Part shown: positions 34,038 through 42,147 of the stretch, in pieces
Layout: each line of letters opens with the position of its first letter
How positions within the stretch are numbered: the first letter of the stretch is position 1
DNA from: an uncultured Planctomycetaceae bacterium
GTDB taxonomy: Bacteria; Planctomycetota; Planctomycetia; Pirellulales; JAEUIK01
Assembly (NCBI GenBank): GCA_964495375.1
Contig: CAZBWM010000012.1
Location: 11,323-75,322, forward strand
Direction: 5' to 3'
Length of the DNA stretch: 64,000 nt
Program-made: the position numbers and the translations under genes
The notes under the pieces: model-generated
Database searches by the model: none
What the model saw: only the letters and a program-made list of their open reading frames with translations
What the model was told of the DNA's origin: nothing

Positions 34038-36338
34038 CTACCGCCCGGCGGTCATTTTCGCCGCGACTTGCGTGAGCAGCTCCACCGCGGCCGGGCTGAA
34101 GGCGTCGGCCTCGGTGCTCCAGAAGTTCACCGTCGCCGGCTTTCCACCGATCTGCACCGGAATGTGCACGCTCGAAGCCAGACCACGCCCAACCATGCGC
34201 TTGGCCAGCGAGCCGGGCTCCTTGGATAGATCAGGCACCACGATCGGCTTGTCCATCGACAGGTAGTTGGCCAGCGCCTGGCCGTCGGCTTTCATGATGG
34301 TCGACGTACTGCGGAAGGTGCCGCGGAAGCCATCGATTTCCTCGACCCGCATGAGACGCAAGTTCTCGCCGTCGATGTAAGTGATGCAGACGCGGTCGAG
34401 CTGCGGCACGCGGTCCTTCAAGAAGTAGGAGAAGAACTTGAAGTTCTCGTCCTGGCCTTCGTCGAGCGCCTTGCCGGCGACCTGGCTGAGCTGTTCGTCA
34501 ACGGTGCCTCCGCCGGCGGCGACGAGCTCGGCGAACTGTTTGGCGCGCGAAGGACGCGGCGGTTGTGGTTTCGTGAGGTCTTGATCGACTAGCGCCATCT
34601 CGAACCAGCCGAACATCATTTCTTCCCAGGTCTGCTCACCCCAGCGCACTTCCTGCGAGGGATCGGGATTGTTGAGGTTGGCGTCGGAGTTGTCGAAGTG
34701 GGCCGTACAGTGGAGCTTGCTCCCCTTGGGCAACACCTTCGGCTCGGTGAAGACATAGGTCGTCTGCCAGCCGAAGTCGTAGTGCGGCACCCACAGCACC
34801 TTCTCCCGTTTTCCATCCGGATAGATCACCTCATACAAAAAGTCCTTGCCGCGGACGTGCATGTGGGGAGAGACCGACCACAGCAGCGTGTCTTCGCGGA
34901 AGGCGAACTCCGATTGCACCTCGAAGTTGCCTTCGTGTGCCGGAATTTTGAAGCTGAAGTTGCCGGCGTTCTTGACGGCGACTTCTTTGCGCACGGTCTT
35001 GGGATCGGCGAAGACCAGCCCCAGGTAGCTGTGATCGGTTTGCGCGACGCCGTTGGGCGTATAGTGCAACTCGAAGATCAGCTTCGAGCCAGCCGGAGCA
35101 TAACGGGCGTAACCCTCGGGCAATACCTGCGGACGCAAGCCGGGGGCGTACGCAGCGAGCCAGTCGTTGCGCAGGCGGCCGGCGGCCCCTTTCTTCGGTC
35201 CACCGGGGGCTTGCAGGTACATGACCACGTGATGCACCACGGCCGGGTTGCCCGCCTTGGGTTCGATCGCCTTGATCCACTTATCTTCGGTCCAACCGGG
35301 ATCGACGACGAAGCGAATGTAGGGGACCGTGCCGGTAGCCGGCACGTTGTACGGCTTGGGGTCCATGTAGACGATCTGATCGGGCGTGGGGATCATCCAA
35401 CCTTCGGTGAATTTTGGTGTTTCGGGCAGGTCGCTCGGGTTGCCTTCCGGCGCACCATCGGCGACCCACCGGTTGACCAGCGCGATCTCTTCGTCGCTCA
35501 GCCGGGCGTCGTTCGTAAAGTGGCCGATCGACGGATCGGCATGCCAGGGCGGCATGCGGCGCTCGTTGACGACTTCGCGAATCATCTCAGCCCAGCCGGC
35601 GGCGTCGTCGTAGCTCAACAACGCGAAGGGGCCGATCTGACCGGGACGATGGCACGACACGCAGTGCTGATTGAAGAGCCGGGCCATTTGGTTGCTGTAG
35701 GTCACGGCGGCGTCGGCGGCCGGCGTGCGCGCGCGGCCAATCAAGCAGCCTTGCGCGGCGACTTCGGCGACGCTGACCGGCTTGCTGTCGAGCAGCTCGT
35801 CGAGCGCGGCGGCCAGATCTTGGCGGCGCGGTTCGCGCAGTTGATAGGCGACTCCGCCATCCTGGAAGCCGTATTGATCGTCGATGCGGCCGGCGTACTG
35901 CACGCGGCCTTCGCGATCGAGCACGAAGACTTCCGGTGTACGCTCGGCGCCGATAGCGTCGGCCAGGCGATTGCCGGGATCTTTCATAAACGGAATCTTG
36001 AGGGCCTGCGCCCGAGCGTAGGCCTGCATCTCGGCGATCGAGTCTTGCTGATTGGAGTCGACCGCCAGGAAGGCGACTCCGCGCGCGGCGTACTGCTCGG
36101 CCAGCTTGTTCAAGCGCGGCGCGTAGAACTTGGCCAATGGGCATTCGACTCCCAGGAACGCGAGCACGACGAACTGCTTGTCGGCGTAATCGGCGAGCTT
36201 GTGCTCGCGATTGTCGGAATCGCGGAGCGCGAACTCGGTGACTTGCCGGCCGAGGCGCGTGGCCCTTTCTGCTGCAGGGGAATTTGTGGCAACGACCGCC
36301 AGAACTACGACTACCGAAAACCAGGCACGAGCGCGCAT
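34038..36338 (-). CDS. fusion protein: thioredoxin/redoxin-like + mono-haem cytochrome c + copper type II (PHM/DBH-like) monooxygenase-like domain
   Basis: Signal peptide MRARAWFSVVVVLAVVATNSPAA. FVVLAFLGVECPLAKFYAPRLNKLAEQY (redoxin fold). NQHCVSCHRPGQIGPF (CxxCH). AVVHHVVMY and SPHMHVRGKD (HH / HxH copper-site-like), later WEEMMFGWFEM. Confidence 0.65.
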   Translation of the reverse strand: MRARAWFSVVVVLAVVATNSPAAERATRLGRQVTEFALRDSDNREHKLADYADKQFVVLAFLGVECPLAKFYAPRLNKLAEQYAARGVAFLAVDSNQQDSIAEMQAYARAQALKIPFMKDPGNRLADAIGAERTPEVFVLDREGRVQYAGRIDDQYGFQDGGVAYQLREPRRQDLAAALDELLDSKPVSVAEVAAQGCLIGRARTPAADAAVTYSNQMARLFNQHCVSCHRPGQIGPFALLSYDDAAGWAEMIREVVNERRMPPWHADPSIGHFTNDARLSDEEIALVNRWVADGAPEGNPSDLPETPKFTEGWMIPTPDQIVYMDPKPYNVPATGTVPYIRFVVDPGWTEDKWIKAIEPKAGNPAVVHHVVMYLQAPGGPKKGAAGRLRNDWLAAYAPGLRPQVLPEGYARYAPAGSKLIFELHYTPNGVAQTDHSYLGLVFADPKTVRKEVAVKNAGNFSFKIPAHEGNFEVQSEFAFREDTLLWSVSPHMHVRGKDFLYEVIYPDGKREKVLWVPHYDFGWQTTYVFTEPKVLPKGSKLHCTAHFDNSDANLNNPDPSQEVRWGEQTWEEMMFGWFEMALVDQDLTKPQPPRPSRAKQFAELVAAGGGTVDEQLSQVAGKALDEGQDENFKFFSYFLKDRVPQLDRVCITYIDGENLRLMRVEEIDGFRGTFRSTSTIMKADGQALANYLSMDKPIVVPDLSKEPGSLAKRMVGRGLASSVHIPVQIGGKPATVNFWSTEADAFSPAAVELLTQVAAKMTAGR

Positions 36339-36383
36339 GGCGAATTCCCTTGATCTATTGAGTTAGCTGCTCGACTGACCGCC

Positions 36384-36476
36384 TTGTAGGGTGCGTGGAA
36401 CGCACCAACTCGTCGCTTCGCGCTTGGTCAATGCAACCACTACGCAACGGTGTGTTGCGCACACCCTACAGAACTC
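36384..36476. repeat. inverted pair of CCCTACA repeats (reverse copy 36384-36406, forward copy 36449-36476)
   Basis: ttgtagggtgcgtggaacgcacc ... ggtgtgttgcgcacaccctacagaactc. Lies between the divergent genes 34038..36338 and hsp20. Confidence 0.65.
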
Positions 36477-36604
36477 GAACGAGCGTGAAACCGACGTGAT
36501 GGGCGAAAATTGATTAGCCTGCTACCGATATGGATTCTGACGCCGCTCGGCACGCGGGTCAACCGAACTTTCTGGGGGGCGGCAGCGGGCGGTTCGCGGA
36601 GAGC

Positions 36605-36686
36605 CCGAACGGTGCCAGGAACCGATTCAAGCAGCGCGTCACCCCGTTGCTATGCATCGATTGAAACGGTTCCTGGCACCGATCGG
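36605..36686. repeat. 82-bp palindromic element CCGAACGGTGYCAGGAACCGATTCAAG..loop..GAAACGGTTCCTGRCACCG (copy 1)
   Basis: The arms pair at 24 of 26 positions. This copy has C/G (gccagg/cctggc) where copies 2 and 3 have T/A (gtcagg/cctgac). Confidence 0.75.
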
Positions 36687-37021
36687 AGAACCCGGCGCGC
36701 GGGCAGACTGCCAGGCATCTGCCAGTTTGACCGCGACATTCTGTCACCCCCAACGGCGGCGAACCGCGCCCCGGCGGCGGCGTAGAAAAAGTGGCCAAGG
36801 GGCCTCGCCCTCTCGGGGCTCCGGAGGTTGGTACCGCTCCTGCGTGAGCGCGAATTTGCTGGCTGGTCCGGAGACGAGTGGAGCGCCGCTACCTCACGAC
36901 AGGCGGGGGGCGTCGCCCAGGCTGGCGAGGCCCCGGGGGCCCGAACAAGAAGAGGCACTTTTCAACATCCATTCAACAGAGCAGGCATATCAGGGTTTAT
37001 TAGGGAAAGGAGGCACAAACC

Positions 37022-37513
37022 ATGTTCGGCACATTAATTCCTCGCCGTGAGAGCGCCGCGTTTGATCGGCTCGAACGTGAAATGCACGGGCTGGTCGATC
37101 GGTTCTTCGGTGGCGATGGCGGATGGCTCGTGCCGACGACACAGTTCATGCCTAGCCTGAACGTCGCGGAAACCGAAACCGCCTTCGAGGTCACCGCCGA
37201 GTTGCCGGGTTTGAAGCCTGACGAGTTCGAGGTCGAATTCAAGGCGGGTGAGCTCTGGATCACCGGCGAAAGCAAGCAGGAGAAGGAAGAACGGGGCAAG
37301 ACGTGGCATCGGGTGGAGCGCCGGTATGGTGAGTTCCGCCGCGTGGTGCCACTGCCGGAAACCGTCGATCCGGACAAGGCCGAGGCCACGTACCACGACG
37401 GCGTGCTGAAGGTGATGGTGCCCAAGACGTTGAAGGCACAGCCGAAGCACGTGCCGGTCAAGGTCGAGACCAAGCCGACCAACGGACATGAAGCGTTGCC
37501 TGCCGAAAAGTAA
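37022..37513 (+). CDS. Hsp20/alpha-crystallin family small heat-shock protein
   Basis: RBS aaaggagg. PSLNVAETETAFEVTAELPGLKPDEFEVEF..GELWITGE..RRYGEFRRVVPLPETVDPDKAEATYHDGVLKVMVPK. Confidence 0.9.
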   Translation: MFGTLIPRRESAAFDRLEREMHGLVDRFFGGDGGWLVPTTQFMPSLNVAETETAFEVTAELPGLKPDEFEVEFKAGELWITGESKQEKEERGKTWHRVERRYGEFRRVVPLPETVDPDKAEATYHDGVLKVMVPKTLKAQPKHVPVKVETKPTNGHEALPAEK

Positions 37514-37584
37514 GCGCTGCGAATGTCCCGATCGGAGCCCGTCCGATCAATAGTTGATATCCAGTGGGAGTCAGACTCCTCGGC

Positions 37585-37623
37585 GGCCGGGCGGTCCTAG
37601 TGTGGACTGCTCGGCCGTTTTTA
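37585..37623 (+). terminator. rho-independent terminator of hsp20
   Basis: ggccgggcggtcc / ggactgctcggcc, a 13-bp stem including 2 G-U pairs, loop tagtgt, then gttttta. Confidence 0.6.
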
Positions 37624-37662
37624 TGCGCTTGCCCGGAGTGACGGCGCTAAAGGGGAAGAGGA

Positions 37663-37690
37663 TCTCGCGCCAAGGCGCTAAGGCGCGAAG
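37663..37690 (+). repeat. TCTCGCGCCAAGGCGCTAAGGCGCGAAG short repeat (copy 2 of 28435-28462)
   Basis: See 28435-28462. Confidence 0.55.
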
Positions 37691-37715
37691 AAGACCGGGG
37701 GGTGCATCCGCGACC

Positions 37716-37776
37716 CTGTAGGGTGTGCGCAGCACAGCAGCGATCCTGGTGCGTTTCACGCACCCTACAAAGCTCC
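37716..37776. repeat. inverted pair of CCCTACA repeats (reverse 37716-37736, forward 37748-37776)
   Basis: ctgtagggtgtgcgcagcaca ... ggtgcgtttcacgcaccctacaaagctcc. Lies between hsp20 and ygiQ. Confidence 0.65.
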
Positions 37777-37859
37777 ATGGATTGAGTTTCCGCGCGTAAT
37801 CTTTGCGACTTCGCGCCTTTTCGCGAGGCAGTCGGTTGCTCGCGCGACCAAGCAAGCGC

Positions 37860-39977
37860 TTACGGCCGGGTGCGGCGGCGCGACGATTTGCGCTTCGGGC
37901 GGTAGCCGGGGCCTGGCTTCGACTGATTAGCCCGATCGCCGAGGCGATTGTTCGGCATTTCTTCGGTGGCCGGCCGCGCCTCGCGATTGGCTTCTGCCCG
38001 GCGAGCGGCGAGCGCCTCCTTTGGTGGTTGCGAGGGGATCAAGCTGTCGCAGTCGTCGCCGATCAGGTCTTGCCGGCCGGCGGCCTCTAAGGCGCGGCGC
38101 ACCTCGAAGTAGTTCTCCGGTTTGAAGAATTGCAACAGCGCTCGCTGCAGCTTGCGGTCGCGCAAATTGCGGGCGACGTAGACGGGCTCGAGCGTGAAAG
38201 GATCGAGGCCCGTATGGTACATCGTGGCCGCGATATCCAACGGACTGGGGATGAAGTCTTGCACCTGGTCGGGGCGGTAGCCGTTCTGTTTGAGGAACAC
38301 GGCCAGGTCGATCATCGCCTCGAGCGTGCTGGCCGGATGGCTGGCAATGTAATAGGGAACCAGGAACTGCTCTTTGCCGGCCGCGCGGCTCTCACGCGTG
38401 AAGGCTTCGTCGAACTTGGTGAAGTCGTCGCCGCCAGGCTTCTTCATCGCCGAGAGGACGTCTTCATCGGTGTGTTCGGGAGCGACCTTCAGGTGACCAC
38501 CGACGTGATGTTGGGCCAGCTCGCGGATGTACTCGGGGCTGCGATGGGCCAGGTCCATGCGGATGCCTGACGCGACGAAGACCTTCTTGATGCCCGGTTG
38601 CGAACGGGCTTTCTTCATCAGCTTGATGAGCGGCCCATGATCGGTCCCCAGCAGCTTGCAGATCTTGGGGTGCACACAGCTTAGCCGGCGGCAGACTTTT
38701 TCGACTTCCGGCTGGGAACAGCGCATCTGGTACATGTTGGCGGTCGGTCCGCCGATGTCGCTGACGACCCCGGTGAATTTCGGGTCTTCGCCGAGGCGGT
38801 TGATTTCGGCCAGCACCGATTGCTGCGAGCGGCTCTGAATGATCCGCCCTTCGTGCGTGGTGATCGAACAGAATGTGCAGCCGCCAAAGCAGCCCCGCAT
38901 GATCTGCACCGAATGTTTGACGACGTCGTAGGCGGGAATCCGCTGCTTACCGTACATGGGGTGCGGGCGGCGCGTGAAGGGCAGGCCGTAGAGGTAATCC
39001 ATCTCGGGCTGCGTGAGCGGCAGCGCCGGGGGATTGGCGACCACCGCCTCGCGATCGTGATACTGCACCAGGCGGCGCGCGTTGTGCGGGTTGGTCTCCA
39101 TGTGGATGGTGCGGGTCGCGCGGCAGAAGGCCAGCTTGTCGGCGACGACCTCTTCGTAGCTGGGCATCGCGAGCGCGTCGGCCGGCGGCGTTTCTTTGGC
39201 GCCCATGCGATAGACGACGCCGCGCAGGTCGCGCAAGTCGCGGACCGTGGCGCCGGCGGCCAGGCGATCGGCGATCTGCACGATGCCGCGCTCGCCCATG
39301 CCGAAGGCGACGAGATCGGCCTTGGCGTCGAGAATGATCGCGCGGCGGACCTTGTCGCTCCAGTAGTCGTAATGGGCGAGACGCCGCAAGCTGGCTTCGA
39401 CTCCGCCGGCGATGATCGGCACACCAGAGTACGCCTCGCGAGCGCGTTGGCAGTAGGCCAACGTGGCGCGATCGGGGCGCAGGCCGATGCGGCCGCCCGG
39501 GCTGTACGCATCGTCGTTGCGCACTTTGCGGTTAGCCGTGTAGTGATTGATCATCGAGTCCATGTTGCCGGCGCTGATGCCGAAGAAGAGCCGCGGCCGG
39601 CCGAACGTGCGCCAGGCGTCGCAGTTGTGCCAATCGGGCTGGCTCAAGATGGCGACGCGGTAACCGCGGGCTTCGAGCAGTCGGCCCAACAGGGCCATCG
39701 CGAAACTGGGATGATCGACGTAGGCATCGCCCGTGACGAACACCACGTCGACGGCGTCCCAGCCGCGGGCATCCATTTCGGCGCGCGTGGCGGGGAGCGG
39801 CGCCGCCGCGCCGCGCGGGATGCGTGACGCGTTGAAATCGGCCGGAACAAGGCTGTCGGCCACGTCGACTGAGTTAACTGACGTTTGGGGGAGCGGCCCG
39901 CTCGGCGCGCAGTCGTCCGCCGGCCGATCGACAATCGGCAGCAGACTCGAACTGGTTTGCGCGGCGGGGTCGGTCAT
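37860..39977 (-). CDS. ygiQ: YgiQ-family (UPF0313) radical SAM protein
   Basis: [42 protein letters not shown]-terminal domain. [14 protein letters not shown] radical-SAM cluster motif. Basic C-terminal tail. Confidence 0.85.
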   Translation of the reverse strand: MTDPAAQTSSSLLPIVDRPADDCAPSGPLPQTSVNSVDVADSLVPADFNASRIPRGAAAPLPATRAEMDARGWDAVDVVFVTGDAYVDHPSFAMALLGRLLEARGYRVAILSQPDWHNCDAWRTFGRPRLFFGISAGNMDSMINHYTANRKVRNDDAYSPGGRIGLRPDRATLAYCQRAREAYSGVPIIAGGVEASLRRLAHYDYWSDKVRRAIILDAKADLVAFGMGERGIVQIADRLAAGATVRDLRDLRGVVYRMGAKETPPADALAMPSYEEVVADKLAFCRATRTIHMETNPHNARRLVQYHDREAVVANPPALPLTQPEMDYLYGLPFTRRPHPMYGKQRIPAYDVVKHSVQIMRGCFGGCTFCSITTHEGRIIQSRSQQSVLAEINRLGEDPKFTGVVSDIGGPTANMYQMRCSQPEVEKVCRRLSCVHPKICKLLGTDHGPLIKLMKKARSQPGIKKVFVASGIRMDLAHRSPEYIRELAQHHVGGHLKVAPEHTDEDVLSAMKKPGGDDFTKFDEAFTRESRAAGKEQFLVPYYIASHPASTLEAMIDLAVFLKQNGYRPDQVQDFIPSPLDIAATMYHTGLDPFTLEPVYVARNLRDRKLQRALLQFFKPENYFEVRRALEAAGRQDLIGDDCDSLIPSQPPKEALAARRAEANREARPATEEMPNNRLGDRANQSKPGPGYRPKRKSSRRRTRP

Positions 39978-40249
39978 CTAGCTGCTTTCGTGAACGCTCG
40001 TGGCGAATGCGCGAGATTCCGCACGTGTGCCAGCTTGCCGGCGGGCGGACTCGGGAAGCCAAGTGCGGGCAATCGAACGCCGTAAGTGGCGAGACCTTCA
40101 TTCTATCGTGGACCGGCGACAAATCTCAGGCACAAAACCGGCGGAAATGGCTCCGCTTTTTGGGCGACGAGCTGAATCGGCGACTGGGCTATGCAGTTGC
40201 GTGAGGGGGAACAGCCGTGTGCGTGTCTCGTTTCGTCGCGGCGGCTAGA

Positions 40250-40507
40250 ATGGCGGGGATGGAAGAGAAGCCCCAAAGCCGCTGGTTCCGCTTCCGGCTG
40301 AGCACTTGGCTGGTCCTTTTGGCGTTGCTACCGGCTTACGCGGGAGGCGTAGTAAAGTCCCTGGGTACCGTTGCGATTGGTGGATCTAGGAACCTGACTC
40401 GTGGACCAATCGATGAGGGCTGGCTCACCGTTATCTTGGCCGTCTTCCTCGTCTGGAAAACCGCGTGGGCCGTGTTCGAGCGTCGACGCGCACGGTCGAC
40501 CGCGTGA
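40250..40507 (+). CDS. hypothetical small membrane protein
   Basis: ORF 40217..40507 (GTG) with ATG at 40250. FRFRLSTWLVLLALLPAYAGG and WLTVILAVFLVWKTAW are hydrophobic helices. Confidence 0.35.
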   Translation: MAGMEEKPQSRWFRFRLSTWLVLLALLPAYAGGVVKSLGTVAIGGSRNLTRGPIDEGWLTVILAVFLVWKTAWAVFERRRARSTA

Positions 40508-40517
40508 GAATAGAGGC

Positions 40518-40865
40518 ATGGACGAGAACCCGTACCGAGCGCCGGACATCGTGGAGCCAGCCGCTCGTTGTGGCCGCGCGTCGGCGATTTATGGGGTGCT
40601 GACATTCGGCGGCTTGCTGGCGTGCTTTTCGTCCTTGGGCCTGTTGGGGATTCTTCAGGCCTTGATTCAGAACGCGTGGATCGGCCACTCCAAGCCCCTG
40701 AATTTCGTCATTCTGTCCCTGAGCGCTCTCTCATTTCTGAGCGTGCTCGCCGCGGTACTCGGAAACGTCGCGTGGATCGCCGCGAAAGTCCTCGGCCGGC
40801 TACGCTGGCGGTCAAGATCGGCTGAGGGCGAAGTGAGAGGCAGATCGCGATTTCCAGTCGCATGA
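40518..40865 (+). CDS. hypothetical small membrane protein (N-terminal NPYRAP motif, two TM helices)
   Basis: ATG 40518 in ORF 40401..40865. MDENPYRAPD.., then IYGVLTFGGLLACFSSLGLLGIL and FVILSLSALSFLSVLAAVLG. Confidence 0.45.
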   Translation: MDENPYRAPDIVEPAARCGRASAIYGVLTFGGLLACFSSLGLLGILQALIQNAWIGHSKPLNFVILSLSALSFLSVLAAVLGNVAWIAAKVLGRLRWRSRSAEGEVRGRSRFPVA

Positions 40866-40897
40866 CTACGCACTGAATCGCGATGAGCGCCTCAGCG

Positions 40898-41503
40898 TCA
40901 CGCATCCCACAAATCGTCATCAGGACCACGTCTGCGAATCACGTTGGGTGAGACGACGAATTCGCGAGCAATTGACGTTTCGAGAGCGTCCCAAGCGGCT
41001 GGCTCAGCATTGTCCAGATGGATATCGAGGGCGGCGAGCTTGCGCTTGGCGACTTCAAACTGCTCGGCAAGTCGGATGGGAGGCACGAGCACTAAGCCTG
41101 CAAAGTAATTGGCGTGCCATTCAATGAACCCGTACTCTCGCTCCGAAATCTGTGCTCGCGCCGACTTCCACTGTGCGATTGTGGAAAACTGCAGTTGCCG
41201 AAATACGTCGGCGTGAAGCTCGCGATGCGCCAGCTCATGCGCCAAACTGAAGCGATAGCGATTCTCGCGCGACTCATAGACGTATTGGTCGACGCGAATC
41301 TCCGTTAGATCGCTCGTGATAAAAGCATCAATTCCAAAGCTGCCATGCAGCCCCGGCACAGGAACAATGTCCATGTGAAAGTTGGCTTCGATCATGCGCT
41401 CAATGGGCACCGGGATCGTTCGCGACGCGTGGTGCTCGTCAAGAAAGCGATCGGCGCGGGCGCGTAGATCACTCCGCGAGTAGGTTGGCGCCAGAATCGC
41501 CAT
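40898..41503 (-). CDS. ImmA/IrrE-family (COG2856) zinc metallopeptidase
   Basis: HEXXH in RFSLAHELAHRELH, plus the downstream E..H..Y (WHANYFAG) typical of the ImmA/IrrE family. Starts 1 nt after the XRE gene stop (TGAgATG). Confidence 0.8.
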   Translation of the reverse strand: MAILAPTYSRSDLRARADRFLDEHHASRTIPVPIERMIEANFHMDIVPVPGLHGSFGIDAFITSDLTEIRVDQYVYESRENRYRFSLAHELAHRELHADVFRQLQFSTIAQWKSARAQISEREYGFIEWHANYFAGLVLVPPIRLAEQFEVAKRKLAALDIHLDNAEPAAWDALETSIAREFVVSPNVIRRRGPDDDLWDA

Positions 41504-41504
41504 C

Positions 41505-41876
41505 TCATGTCTTCCGGATCAGGTCAATGAGCTCATCGAGCTGATCGGCGGCCACCGCCTTGCCCCGCAACGTGCGAAACAGCGCGGGCAATTTCGCTAG
41601 TAGCGCCTCATCCTCTTGCAAGTCGGGCGGAATTTGACCCGTTGCAGCGGACGCGAGATCGAACAACTCGAGCCAGTCGTCTGAGCCGGGACGCACACCA
41701 AGGGCCCGAAGGTACTTTTCCAACAACTCGCGTCTTTGTGGTGGCGGAAGAACGCCCCGCTCAAGGCGACTATAATTGCCAGGGTCGAACTTATTTTCCA
41801 GGCAGAAATCGCGCAGCGTCTTTCCGGTGCTGATCCGAATCTCTTTCAGCCGCGCGCCGAACGAATTTGATGCCAT
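41505..41876 (-). CDS. XRE-family helix-turn-helix transcriptional regulator
   Basis: ATG 41876 with RBS gggaggtg. FGARLKEIRISTGKTLRDFCLENKFDPGNYSRLERG is an HTH_3/XRE signature. Confidence 0.8.
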   Translation of the reverse strand: MASNSFGARLKEIRISTGKTLRDFCLENKFDPGNYSRLERGVLPPPQRRELLEKYLRALGVRPGSDDWLELFDLASAATGQIPPDLQEDEALLAKLPALFRTLRGKAVAADQLDELIDLIRKT

Positions 41877-41911
41877 CGTCGCACCTCCCTTCAATTCTCG
41901 TGATGCGAAGT

Positions 41912-41930
41912 GTTGTATTAATAATACAAC
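41912..41930. promoter_or_regulatory. perfect 9-1-9 palindrome, candidate operator of the XRE/ImmA operon
   Basis: GTTGTATTA-A-TAATACAAC, 36-54 nt upstream of the XRE start. AT-rich in a GC-rich genome. Confidence 0.5.
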
Positions 41931-42147
41931 GCGCTGGCCGGAAGTAAATGCCGCGGAATTGGGTAGTTTTCACGCAATGTCGCCACATGGACCCGCTGTC
42001 GCCCCCGGCGCAACGGCTGTCTATACTCGACAAGTCATGGGGCAACGGGGCCGGAGGAGGGGCCGGATCGAGGGTCACCGGCGAGGCCGGTTCGCGGACC
42101 AGCCGCCGTGCAGACAGGTTCGGCGCACGCACGAAGAGGGAACGCTA

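Noticed and set aside
31957-36353. Long plus-strand ORFs 31957..33528 and 34698..36353
   Set aside because: Both are antisense to better-supported minus-strand genes (RBS plus TM plus coiled coil; signal peptide plus CxxCH). No motifs were found in them.
36384-36476. Integron attC-like sites / gene cassettes for the CCCTACA inverted pairs
   Set aside because: The geometry of imperfect palindromes at gene boundaries is reminiscent of attC sites. However there is no GTTRRRY core at the ends and no integron integrase or attI in the window, and the flanked genes are in opposite orientations. The observation is kept only as a repeat-boundary finding.
36940-37021. Heat-shock promoter or CIRCE/ROSE element upstream of hsp20
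   Set aside because: I found no TTAGCACTC-N9-GAGTGCTAA inverted repeat and no convincing sigma32 (CTTGAA..CCCCAT) or sigma70 hexamer pair. Only weak TTCAAC/GTTTAT candidates are present.
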